Below are positions 1-9,214 of a stretch of DNA of 64,000 nucleotides, piece by piece. The stretch spans positions 96,001-160,000 of the forward strand of contig JBBRPR010000009.1 in NCBI GenBank assembly GCA_038227875.1. Direction: 5' to 3'. Source of the DNA: Planctomycetota bacterium (GTDB taxonomy: Bacteria; Planctomycetota; SZUA-567; H5-PLA8). The notes beneath the pieces were generated by a model, which was not told the DNA's origin, searched no databases, and saw only the letters and a list, made by a program, of their open reading frames with translations. Position numbers and translations under genes: made by a program. The stretch's first letter is position 1. Every line of letters begins with the position of its first letter.

Positions 1-1013
1 GAGGCGGAATCGTCGGTGGTCTGTGCCGGATTGACGGTCGTGTACGTGGCGATGATGCCATTGGTGCCGTCGTTGCCGGTCGCGGAAAAATGCGGAACGC
101 CGTTGGCCGCGTTGGTGCTGATCGCCTGCGCGAGCGGGCCGTCCTGAAAATAAGGCTCATCGAGGAACCCGATGTCGTCGACGGTGATCGTGGATTTGGC
201 TGCCGTGCGCAGCGCGAGCAGATTCGTCGCCGCGGCTGTCTGCGTGCCGCCCGCGCTGGCGAAGGCCAGCTTGGAGCCGGGGGCGATGTCGTAAATCAGT
301 TCCATCATCGCTTCGCCTTCGTCGGAGCCCTTGCCCGGACCGGCATCGACGAGCTGAAACGTGGTCGGCAGATCGCCATTTTTCTGAGGTGTCGTTCCGG
401 AGACAAACGCATTGGGAGGCGTGCCTTGAACCAGCATCGTCGAGCCAATGACCGGGTTGGTATCGATGACCGAATCGGAGACGACGCCCACCGTCTGTCC
501 CTTCCCGGAAACGCCGAACGTGGAACGAAGCTTCGCCGCGTTCAGCAGCGGGTCGGCGGCGTTGTCCACCTTGCCCTGACGGCGCCGCTTGCCGGCCTGC
601 AGCTGGATCGATTGAATCGCATCGATCTTCGCCAGCGCATCCAGCTGGGGAACGGTCGCGATGGCATTGATGGTCCGCCACTGCGGCGCGGTGTCGGTAA
701 CCGTCGCGCCGGTTGCCTTGATCTGCGTCACGATGTCCGCGGTGACCGCCGCGTCGATGCGCACGGCAAACGTTTCCGGCGATGAAGTCGCCGCCAGCGC
801 GCGGCCGTGCGCTACCTTCACGGATTGCGCCGCGAGCGCCGCGGTGACCGTGCCGGCACGAAAATCGTTGAGCGCCGGAATCAGCCGGGCATCGACCTTG
901 AAGGCCAGAGCGCCGAGCGCCTGGGTCTTCGGGTTCTCCGCGTGGTCGGCGGCGGAAACGCCATTGAGCAGAACGGTCAGAAGCGCGATGACGAAAAGGA
1001 TGCGAATGAACAA
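1..1013 (-). CDS. Secreted subtilisin-like (S8) serine protease, N-terminal part; runs off the window start
   Basis: Not in the ORF track because no stop lies inside the window. Manual translation from TTG at 1013 (GAGG upstream) gives a signal peptide LFIRILFVIALLTVLLNGVSA, a prodomain, then GKGQTVGVVSDS (catalytic Asp), DEGEAMMELIYDIAPG (Glu at the usual His position), DDIGFLDEPYFQDG and SATGN (oxyanion Asn). Confidence 0.8.
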   Translation of the reverse strand, partial: MFIRILFVIALLTVLLNGVSAADHAENPKTQALGALAFKVDARLIPALNDFRAGTVTAALAAQSVKVAHGRALAATSSPETFAVRIDAAVTADIVTQIKATGATVTDTAPQWRTINAIATVPQLDALAKIDAIQSIQLQAGKRRRQGKVDNAADPLLNAAKLRSTFGVSGKGQTVGVVSDSVIDTNPVIGSTMLVQGTPPNAFVSGTTPQKNGDLPTTFQLVDAGPGKGSDEGEAMMELIYDIAPGSKLAFASAGGTQTAAATNLLALRTAAKSTITVDDIGFLDEPYFQDGPLAQAISTNAANGVPHFSATGNDGTNGIIATYTTVNPAQTTDDSA

Positions 1014-1266
1014 GCTGAGACCTCACTAAAGTTGCAGGACACTCGTGCGTATTTCCGAATCACCCGTACTGGAAACAGGCTAAAGCCCTGTTGGCGAAAG
1101 GCGAATGGAAGGCGGCTCAATCTGAGCACCGCAAGTATAGAAGAACCGGCGTTGCAATTTGCTGCTGCGGATTTTTAAAACTGTAATTCGTATACCTAAT
1201 GAACACGCCGCGAGAGCGGCGTGTGACAAAAAAGTGCTTAGTGCCAATTGGCACGCAGCAGAATAT

Positions 1267-2505
1267 TTAGTGTTTCTTCGCGTGCACCGGCGCGGGCTTG
1301 GCGTGGTGCTGGACGTAATTTTTCAGGATCTGCCACTGCTTCCAGAAATCGTGCGTCTCGCCTTCCAGCGGGTCTTTGAAGAAACAGGCCATGTGCTTCA
1401 TCGCGCCGCCTTCACCGTGACGGTGCGCGTGATCGGCCAGGCGGATCATGTCCAGCGCCAGCGGCGCGGCGAGCATCGAGTCGCAACCCTGCCAGATGAA
1501 CTGCATGATCATCTTGGTGCCCAGGAAGCCCTGGAAGTGGATGAAGTTCCACGCCGTCTTCCAGTCATCGAGACTGGGGCAGTAGTCGATGCGCACGCGG
1601 GTGTGCAGGTCGGGATCGTCGCCGAGAATTTCGCGCAGCGCGCGGTCCTTGCCGCGGGTTTTGGCTTCGTTGTTCTTCGGATCGTTGAGCACCACCGCGT
1701 CGCGGTTGCCAAAAATGTTGTGCCCTTCCCAGCTCATCACGTGCAGGTTGCGCGCCATGAACATCGGCGCGAGCACGGTCTTCATCAGCGTCTCGCCGGT
1801 CTTGCCGTCGCGGCCGCAGTGCGGGAGATTCTTCTCCAGCGCCAGTTCGCTCAGCGCCGGAATATCGGAACCGTGGCTGGGCGTGAAGTTGATGTACGGG
1901 CAGCCGAGGTCCAGCGCCGCGTACGCGTAAATCGTTCCCGCCGTGAAGCCATCGATGCCGTCGTTGAGCGCCTTGCGGAACGCCGCGAGATTGGCGTAGA
2001 ACGGCGGCAGGTGTTCCATGTACGGTTCGGTCGAGGCGAGATTGATGCAGACGACGCGGCGCAGTTCGTGGCGCTTTTTGAAGTCGGCGATGTCTGCCTG
2101 GATCTGTGCGACGACGAGCTTGGGCGTCATCGAATCGTCGAGCACGCCCGAGCCGCTTAAGCCGCGGATCGTCTTGCCGCAGCCGATCGTGGTCGCCTGG
2201 CGGATGTTCTGATCGATCGCCGTGTAATCTTCCTTCAGCGCGGCGACGAGTTCGTACGACAGAATGCGCGGGCCGTCGCGAAGTTCGAGCGCGGACTTCT
2301 CCAGCGTCGTCTCGGAGCGCAGTTCATGTCCGCCGAAGACCAGCCGGTCGAGCGGTGCGAGCTTCAACGCTTTGAAGTCGCGCAGTTCCGTCACCAGCCC
2401 CGTGGTCGGCGACAATCCCCGCGCAATCGCACGCGCGCCGGAGATCAAACACGTGCTGACCGCTCCGCGTGCGCCGAAGATCCAGACTCCGATTGATTCT
2501 GCCAT
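1267..2505 (-). CDS. ino1: myo-inositol-1-phosphate synthase
   Basis: Rossmann motif GARGAVST, plus NLASTE, YINFTPS, GRDGKTGETLMK, NIFGNRD, SLDDWKTAW and WQGCDSMLAAPL, all typical of MIPS. Confidence 0.9.
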   Translation of the reverse strand: MAESIGVWIFGARGAVSTCLISGARAIARGLSPTTGLVTELRDFKALKLAPLDRLVFGGHELRSETTLEKSALELRDGPRILSYELVAALKEDYTAIDQNIRQATTIGCGKTIRGLSGSGVLDDSMTPKLVVAQIQADIADFKKRHELRRVVCINLASTEPYMEHLPPFYANLAAFRKALNDGIDGFTAGTIYAYAALDLGCPYINFTPSHGSDIPALSELALEKNLPHCGRDGKTGETLMKTVLAPMFMARNLHVMSWEGHNIFGNRDAVVLNDPKNNEAKTRGKDRALREILGDDPDLHTRVRIDYCPSLDDWKTAWNFIHFQGFLGTKMIMQFIWQGCDSMLAAPLALDMIRLADHAHRHGEGGAMKHMACFFKDPLEGETHDFWKQWQILKNYVQHHAKPAPVHAKKH

Positions 2506-2560
2506 TGTTGGTTCTCCGTTTACGTCCTGGTTCGATTACCCGCGCAGGCTTCGTAGTGTT

Positions 2561-2760
2561 GGGATCGGGGATCAGGCATCGGGCATCGGTTAATCGTAAC
2601 GCCCGGTTAATGTGCCCTGCGCCGTTGCGAGTTGGCTGCGCAGTTTTTAATCGTTCACAACTCGCCGCGGATCAAGGGACTCCAATCCGGGCACACCCAT
2701 TAACCGATGCCCGATCCCCGATCCCCGATCCCCGATCCCCGATCCCCGATCCCCGATCCC
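2561..2760. repeat. Heptamer tandem repeat (CCGATCC x7 plus one variant, 2700-2760) with an inverted partner arm at 2561-2593
   Basis: ttaaccgatgcccgatccccgatcccc... is the reverse complement of gggatcggggatcaggcatcgggcatcggttaa; the arms enclose about 105 bp of intergenic DNA. Confidence 0.9.
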
Positions 2761-2774
2761 ATCTGTTCGTGTTC

Positions 2775-4157
2775 TCACTTCACATCGACGCTCGTAAACT
2801 TGTAATTGTATTCCTTGTATCCCGCGGCGGCCGGCGTCTTGAGGACAAAGTTGCGCTGCTCGCCGGGTTGGATCACGTCGGAGAGCGTTTTCTGGCCATC
2901 CAGGGTCTTGCCGTCGGGCAGCGCGAATGTGACGGTGATCGCGACGTCCTTCACCGGGCCGCTGCGGCCGTTGCGCATCGCGCCAATCAGCAGGACCGAC
3001 TTGTCGTCGTTGTTTGACGCGCTGGTGAAAATGACTTCGACGTCGGCGACCTCTTTGAACTTCGGCGTCTCCACCTTCGCGGGCGCTTCAGCCACGGCGG
3101 CGGGAGCAGCCGGCGCGTCTTTGCTCAGCTTGAGGTACGAAATCTTCTGTTCGAAGTTTTCGTACACCGGCACGGCGGGAATTTTGAAATCGAGCGGCCG
3201 GACTTCACCCGCGTTGAGTTTGCCGGGTACTTCGTAGGTGAAGCTCTTGACTTCCTTCTTCGCAGCGTTGGTGAACGTGAGCACCACGGTTGCTTTCTCG
3301 ACGGGCACATCGAAACCGTTGCGCACTTCAGCGATGGCTTTGACTTCCTGCGTCTTGGGGTCGCGCTTGAAGCTGAACTTGGCGAATTCCACGTCGGCGA
3401 TACCGGTGAAATCGGCGGCTTCCGGAGGCGTCTCATCGCAGACGACCTTGATCACGTAGCTGCCCGCGATTTTCGGGCAGTTGGGCGCGGAGAACGGAAT
3501 GAGCTGCTCGATCCCGCCGCGGAACGTGCCGTCGCCGAGGCGGTCGGTGACTTCCGCGATCTTCTTTTTCTTGTCGTCAAAGAAGGTGAGCACGAACTTG
3601 ACGTTCTTGGCGTCGGCAGTGCCGTTGTTTTTGACGCGCAGATTGCCGTTGAAGCGGCCGGTGCGGTCGACGCCGCCATCGCGGCCGAGGATCACCAGGT
3701 CAGCGATGCCCTTAATCGGCTCCGCGTTTTTCGCCTGTGGCTGGCCCGCGTCGGAACTCGAGAACCACTGCTCCTTGCCCGCGCCGCTGATGCCATCGTA
3801 TGTCACGGTGATGTCGTAGGATTCGAACGCGGGAATGAAATCGCCGATCACTTCCAGCTTGCGGGACTCGCCGGGTTTGAAATCGCCGAGCAGTTTCTTG
3901 ACCGGTTCGGCAGCCTTCTCGCCGCTGGCTACTGTGTATTGGATGACGATGTTGACGTTCTTGATCGGCGCACCGCAGGTATTCTTGGCCGTCATGTTGG
4001 CGATGACGCGGTTGCTGCTCGTGGTTGTCTTGCGGATGCGTCCGTACGACCAGTCGCTGAGCTGCAGCTTGAAACCGTTGTCGTCTTCGGCACGAACCTG
4101 CAGCGCGAGCACGATCGCCGCGAGACAGAAACTCAAGAAATACCGCCGTGCTGTCAT
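2775..4157 (-). CDS. Secreted protein with four Ig-like (FxLYD-like) beta-sandwich repeats
   Basis: Signal peptide ending VRA. Four units of the type G.V/M.N......V.V...F.D..GK.....L.PGE.R.F. Confidence 0.6.
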   Translation of the reverse strand: MTARRYFLSFCLAAIVLALQVRAEDDNGFKLQLSDWSYGRIRKTTTSSNRVIANMTAKNTCGAPIKNVNIVIQYTVASGEKAAEPVKKLLGDFKPGESRKLEVIGDFIPAFESYDITVTYDGISGAGKEQWFSSSDAGQPQAKNAEPIKGIADLVILGRDGGVDRTGRFNGNLRVKNNGTADAKNVKFVLTFFDDKKKKIAEVTDRLGDGTFRGGIEQLIPFSAPNCPKIAGSYVIKVVCDETPPEAADFTGIADVEFAKFSFKRDPKTQEVKAIAEVRNGFDVPVEKATVVLTFTNAAKKEVKSFTYEVPGKLNAGEVRPLDFKIPAVPVYENFEQKISYLKLSKDAPAAPAAVAEAPAKVETPKFKEVADVEVIFTSASNNDDKSVLLIGAMRNGRSGPVKDVAITVTFALPDGKTLDGQKTLSDVIQPGEQRNFVLKTPAAAGYKEYNYKFTSVDVK

Positions 4158-4226
4158 CGTCGTGGTTACTCCATTTTAATGTGGCGTGGCGCCCGATGGA
4201 AAGGGCGCCACGCCCGGGACACTATT

Positions 4227-5354
4227 TTACTTCATCGCGTTGATGCAGTTGTTCAATGCATCCAGCGCGTAGGACGTGGCGAGCACCGGATCGTTTTCCA
4301 TCCACGTTTCGTCGGCGTTGGCCCACGAACCGTCCGGCTTCTGCAGGGAGATCAACTGCGCGGCCATGTCCTTGGCCCAGTTCACCTTCTTGCCATCGGC
4401 GAGTTCGAATTCCTTTTCGCCCATCGCGGTGAAGGCCTTGCTGAACGCCAGACAATAGTAGTAGTAGCCCATGGTGCCCTTGCCGCCCGGATTCTCCGTG
4501 ACGGAGTAGTTGGCCTTGACCCACTTGTACGCGGCCTGCATCGACGGATCGTTCTTGTCGACCTTGGCGTAGATCAGACCCTTGATGCAGTTGTACGTCA
4601 TGTTGCCGTAAGGGCGGGGGACGGTCTTGCCGGTGCGCTTGGCAACGGTTGTGCCGAAGTCGTCGGCCACGCCGGGCGCATAGATGAAGCCACCGCCGTT
4701 GTCGCCGTCCTTCATGACGTTGTTGGCGCCGGTGAAATCATTCGTTTCGGCGTTGTCCTGGCTGCGCTTCATGAACTTCACCGCGTTCTTCCACGCCGGC
4801 GAATCTTCCTTGAGGCCCATCGCCTTCAACGCTTCCAGCGAGAACGCGCCGTTGCTGTTGTCGGGGTTCCCGTTTTCCGGGCTGTAGCCGAAGCCGCCTT
4901 CTTTTTCCGCACCGGCCGCCGCATCGCGCTGGCAGGCGAGAATGAACTTCTGGCAGTTTTCCAGATTGGTCTTGTACGCGGGATTTTCGAGCGACACGAG
5001 CGCGATGGCCGCGATGCTGGTGTTGTAATTTTCAGTCGGAATCTTCGGCAGCGTGATCGAACCTGACGGCTGCTGCAATCCGATGATGTACTTGGCTGCC
5101 TTGGCCAGCGCGGGCGTGTTGGCTTCGCGCGGAGCGCCGGGGCTCGACGCGATGGCCTTCACCGCCAGGCCGACGACGCCGGGCATGGCATCGGGCTTGG
5201 CCTTGCCGAAGACGCCGTTGTCGCCCTGCTGGCTGATCAGGTACTGCGCGGCTTTCTTCGCTGCTTCGCTGGCGGTCGTGGCATCGACTTCTCCGGCACA
5301 AACCGAACCGATGGCGAGCACCACTGCGAGCGCAAAACATTTTCGAACGATCAC
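4227..5354 (-). CDS. Secreted prenyltransferase/squalene-oxidase-repeat (alpha/alpha toroid) protein
   Basis: Signal peptide and QW-like repeats: YLISQQGDNGVF, YIIGLQQPSGS, GGFGY, GGGFIY, LISLQKPDGSW. Confidence 0.75.
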   Translation of the reverse strand: MIVRKCFALAVVLAIGSVCAGEVDATTASEAAKKAAQYLISQQGDNGVFGKAKPDAMPGVVGLAVKAIASSPGAPREANTPALAKAAKYIIGLQQPSGSITLPKIPTENYNTSIAAIALVSLENPAYKTNLENCQKFILACQRDAAAGAEKEGGFGYSPENGNPDNSNGAFSLEALKAMGLKEDSPAWKNAVKFMKRSQDNAETNDFTGANNVMKDGDNGGGFIYAPGVADDFGTTVAKRTGKTVPRPYGNMTYNCIKGLIYAKVDKNDPSMQAAYKWVKANYSVTENPGGKGTMGYYYYCLAFSKAFTAMGEKEFELADGKKVNWAKDMAAQLISLQKPDGSWANADETWMENDPVLATSYALDALNNCINAMK

Positions 5355-5456
5355 GGGCTTACCCTCCTGTTACCTTGGACGAAATACATGCGACACACTT
5401 AGAGTCATTGTCGCACATCCTTCCATTACTGTGTAGCGACGATCATGCGATCCGCT

Positions 5457-6461
5457 TCATTGATGGTGCTCGCTTCTCCGGTAGTAACTTTCCAGTCGCA
5501 GTTGCAGTTCCGCCGGCAACTGCGTGCGGATCGCGGTAAAGGCCTTCGCGGGATCCTGCGGCAAGCTGGCCGAACTCACGGGTCCCGGGGGATGCGAATC
5601 CTCCTGCGGGTTGGTGGCCTTGCCCGAGTTGGTCGTGGAACTGTCGGATGCTTTGGGATCGGGTTTGGTTGTGTTCGCTGACGCGGGCCGCAACTGGCTG
5701 AGCAACTCCCGGTCGAGCGGCGTGAGCTGGCTGTCGGGAATACCGGCGAGCTTCGCCTGCAGATCCTTGTACGCGTCGGCCTTGCGCGCCTCGGAGAGCA
5801 TGGGGTTGGACGCCAGTAACTGAAGCTTCAGCTGATCGGTCATCGAGAGCATTTCGACGGACGGCATTTCGTCGGCCGCGTTGCTGGCGGCGTCAGCGCC
5901 TCCCGCCTGGCCGGCGTTCTGTGTGCGGTGGCGGTGAGTTTCTTCGGTGTAATGGACCGGTGCTTCCGGCGGCGGCGTCAGCCACGCGCAGCAGAGCAGC
6001 AAAAACGCCAGCAGTACGATGCGACTCCATTCCGGCAAGCGCACCGGCACCAGCATTCGCGGATCGATCGCCGCGGCCTTCTGCAACATGGCTTCGCGCT
6101 GCGCGGTCAGGAATTCACGCTGCGTATCGTTGGTGGCGTGCGCGGGATTGGCGCGGAATTCATACCATGTGACCAGATGCTCCGACGACCCCGCGCGCTG
6201 GTCGAGCAGCAACGCGACCTGATCCATCGGCGGGTTGTCGCGCAAGTACGCACCAAACAGAGCGACCAGTCCGATCAGCGGCGGCAACGCCAATCCCACC
6301 GCCAGGAGTAGATCGTAATTTTTCAGGCGCGACCAGAGCACCACCGCGGCGGCGAGCAGCAATCCCGCGCCGAGCGCCGCCAGCGCCGTGCGCAGCGCGC
6401 GCTGCAGTCGCAAGCGGCGGGCGGTTCGGGCGAGAAGTTGGTCGACGTCAGCTTCGGTCAT
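5457..6461 (-). CDS. Hypothetical membrane protein (about three TM helices, low-complexity C-terminus ending YY)
   Basis: 334-aa ORF with plausible codon usage and hydrophobic segments, co-oriented with the downstream genes. Confidence 0.55.
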   Translation of the reverse strand: MTEADVDQLLARTARRLRLQRALRTALAALGAGLLLAAAVVLWSRLKNYDLLLAVGLALPPLIGLVALFGAYLRDNPPMDQVALLLDQRAGSSEHLVTWYEFRANPAHATNDTQREFLTAQREAMLQKAAAIDPRMLVPVRLPEWSRIVLLAFLLLCCAWLTPPPEAPVHYTEETHRHRTQNAGQAGGADAASNAADEMPSVEMLSMTDQLKLQLLASNPMLSEARKADAYKDLQAKLAGIPDSQLTPLDRELLSQLRPASANTTKPDPKASDSSTTNSGKATNPQEDSHPPGPVSSASLPQDPAKAFTAIRTQLPAELQLRLESYYRRSEHHQ

Positions 6462-6715
6462 GAAAGCAGAGGGTACCTAAAGAGTCGCCAGACCTAATGG
6501 CAAGGCTCGGGCCAACTGTGCAGACGGATACTTCCCTATGAGCGGCATTGAGTTACGTGGGCGATTGTGCAAACCGTGTACACGCGATGCGCAGCCGATG
6601 ACTTTGAACGAATGAGGTAAAAATTAAGGTATAATTTTCTGCACGTGGCGTCTTCGACGGACGATACCTGTCCAGCAGCTTCCTTTCGGACCGTGCCGGA
6701 CCTGCGGAGAGCCTC

Positions 6716-7813
6716 GTGTTCTACTACTTGAATTTGCTGTCCAAAGATTGGTGGTCGGCGCTGGCAGTCTTCAAGTCAGTGTCCTTCCGTGCGGCGTTTG
6801 CGTCGGTGACGGCGTTCACGATCTGCGTGATTTTTGGACCGCGCTTCATCAATTTTCTCAAGAGCCGCAAAGTCGAAGAGAACGTTCAGAAGAAAGACTC
6901 GGAATTCCTGATCGAAAAACACGCGGTTAAGAAGCACACCCCGACGATGGGCGGCGTGATTCTGCTGGTTGCGACGCTATCGACGATTCTGCTGTGGTGC
7001 CGGCTGGATGTGCTCTTCATTCCACTCTGCTTTTTCACCATGCTCGCGCTGGGATTGGTGGGCTTCTACGACGACTACATCAAACTCACGCACGCCAAGT
7101 CCGACGGCCTGACCAAGCGCGAAAAGTTGCTCTTCCAGTTCATCGTCGGCGGTGGCGTGGGACTCTGCCTGACCTGGTACGGCGATCCGAATCTCGCGAC
7201 GAAGCTCGTCATTCCGTTCACGGACGGCGCATTCTGGCCGGTGCTGGGTCTCGGCTTCATTGCGTGGGCCGGAATTGTGATGACCGGCAGCTCCAACGCC
7301 GTGAATCTGACCGACGGACTCGACGGCTTGGCGACGCTGTGCATCACGACCGTGGCGGTGGCATTCGGATTGATCGCGTACTTCGCCGGTCATGCCGGTA
7401 TCGCCGAACATCTCGGCCTGCCGCACGTTCACGGCGCTGAAGAACTGGCCGTCGCCTGCGCGGCGCTGGCCGGCGCGTGCCTGGGCTTCCTCTGGTTCAA
7501 CGCGCATCCCGCGGAAATCTTCATGGGCGACACCGGTTCGCTCCCGCTCGGCGGCATGGTGGGACTCGTCGCGCTGTGCATCAAGCAGGAACTCCTGCTG
7601 GTGATCATCGGCGGTGTCTTCGTGGCCGAAGCGCTTTCGGTGATGATCCAGATCTTCTCCTTCAAGTACTTCGGCAAGCGCGTCTTCAAGATCGCGCCGC
7701 TGCACCATCATTTCGAGAAAGTTGGCTGGTCGGAAACGAAGATTGTGACGCGCTTTTTCATCGTCTCGGTGCTGCTGGCCGTCTTCAGCGTCGCGGCGCT
7801 CCGCATTCACTAA
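6716..7813 (+). CDS. mraY: Phospho-N-acetylmuramoyl-pentapeptide transferase
   Basis: KKHTPTMGG, GFYDDYIK, NAVNLTDGLDGL, FNAHPAEIFMGDTGS, APLHHHFE. Confidence 0.97.
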   Translation: MFYYLNLLSKDWWSALAVFKSVSFRAAFASVTAFTICVIFGPRFINFLKSRKVEENVQKKDSEFLIEKHAVKKHTPTMGGVILLVATLSTILLWCRLDVLFIPLCFFTMLALGLVGFYDDYIKLTHAKSDGLTKREKLLFQFIVGGGVGLCLTWYGDPNLATKLVIPFTDGAFWPVLGLGFIAWAGIVMTGSSNAVNLTDGLDGLATLCITTVAVAFGLIAYFAGHAGIAEHLGLPHVHGAEELAVACAALAGACLGFLWFNAHPAEIFMGDTGSLPLGGMVGLVALCIKQELLLVIIGGVFVAEALSVMIQIFSFKYFGKRVFKIAPLHHHFEKVGWSETKIVTRFFIVSVLLAVFSVAALRIH

Positions 7814-7831
7814 AGACTCGAGCTTACTTTT

Positions 7832-9073
7832 ATGGATGGTGCACGCCGCACGCTACTCATCGTCACCGGAACGCTTCTGTCGCTGGGCGTGGTGATGGTC
7901 TACAGCGCCAGTTTTGTCTTCGCCGAGAAGAAATTCGGCTCGCCGACGTACTTCCTGCAGCGGCACGCCGTCTACCTGCTCACCGGCTGCATCGCGCTGG
8001 GGGTGACGAGCCTCTGGGACTACCACAAATTGGCGCGGCACTGGAAGTGGCTGATCTGCGCCGCGGCCATAATGCTGATCGCGGTGATGATTCCCGGCAT
8101 CGGCGTGCGCATCAACGGGGCGCGGCGCTGGTTTTCGCTCGCAGGCATCACGTTTCAGCCCTCGGAAGCCGTCAAGCCGCTGGTGATTATGGGCATGGCC
8201 GGCTTTGTTGTTTACGCGCGGGACAAGATCACCACCTTCTATGGCGGATTCCTCCCCGGCGCGCTGATCGCCACGACCATCGTCGTTCTAACCGCCTGCG
8301 AACCGGACTTGGGCTCGGCCGGTCTGCTGACCTGTGTGCTCGGTGCGATGCTCTTCGTCGGTGGCGTGCGGCTGAAATTCGTCGTTCCATCCCTCCTGGT
8401 GGCGCTTCCCGTTGCCGCCGTTATTGCGTACAAGAAACTCGGCTACATCCAAAACCGCCTGCACGATTTCATGGCCCCCGGCGGCAGCGATCCGCTCGGA
8501 CATGGTTACCAGATTACCCAGGCGATGATGGCTCAAGGTTCCGGCGGCGTTTTCGGAGCCGGGTTGGGGCAGGGGCATTCGAAGCTCCTTTTCCTGCCAG
8601 AAGCGCACAACGACTTCATTTTCGCGCTGATCGGTGAGGAACTTGGCCTGATCGGTACGCTTTCGCTGGTGGCGCTCTTTGCGCTGCTCGTGATCCAAGG
8701 CTGGCGCGTCGCGCGACGAGCGCCAGACATGCTCGGCACCCTGATCGCGCTCGGCGTAACGCTCTGCATCGGACTCCAGGCCGCGATCAACATCGCCGTC
8801 GTCACGCACTCGATGCCCACCAAGGGCATCGCCCTCCCGCTGGTCAGCTACGGCGGCTCGTCGTTGATCTTCACCCTTGCCGCCGTCGGCATGCTCCTGA
8901 ACGTCGCCGCGCACCCCGCTTGCGACGCGGTTCCAAAATCTGTCGGCGCCGTGCCACGAAACCGTTCATCTATCTTCAGAAGGCTTGTTGCGCAGCCGAT
9001 ACCTAAACAACAGGGGCCAGTGGTTAGGGGTCAGGGGCCAGAACAGCAAGAAGTCGCTGCGCGACCAGTTTAA
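7832..9073 (+). CDS. ftsW: SEDS peptidoglycan glycosyltransferase FtsW
   Basis: NGARRW, FQPSE, EPDLGS, GYQITQ, LPEAHNDFIF, LPLVSYGGSS; dcw context. Confidence 0.93.
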   Translation: MDGARRTLLIVTGTLLSLGVVMVYSASFVFAEKKFGSPTYFLQRHAVYLLTGCIALGVTSLWDYHKLARHWKWLICAAAIMLIAVMIPGIGVRINGARRWFSLAGITFQPSEAVKPLVIMGMAGFVVYARDKITTFYGGFLPGALIATTIVVLTACEPDLGSAGLLTCVLGAMLFVGGVRLKFVVPSLLVALPVAAVIAYKKLGYIQNRLHDFMAPGGSDPLGHGYQITQAMMAQGSGGVFGAGLGQGHSKLLFLPEAHNDFIFALIGEELGLIGTLSLVALFALLVIQGWRVARRAPDMLGTLIALGVTLCIGLQAAINIAVVTHSMPTKGIALPLVSYGGSSLIFTLAAVGMLLNVAAHPACDAVPKSVGAVPRNRSSIFRRLVAQPIPKQQGPVVRGQGPEQQEVAARPV

Positions 9074-9186
9074 GCAAATGATATTCACGGGATTCGGGGC
9101 GAGGTGGCGGTGGGTAGGGCGAACAACGGTTTCGCCACAGTGGAGATTCCTCCGCTCTGACCCCTGGCCCCTGACCTCTGACCCCT
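9012..9186. repeat. Empty inverted-repeat element with GGGG(T/C)CA heptamer arms at 9012-9042 and 9156-9186
   Basis: aggggccagtggttaggggtcaggggccaga pairs imperfectly with tctgacccctggcccctgacctctgacccct. The left arm lies inside the ftsW 3' end. Confidence 0.85.
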
Positions 9187-9214
9187 TTCCGCTACGCGGA
9201 ACCGGGAGAAATCA

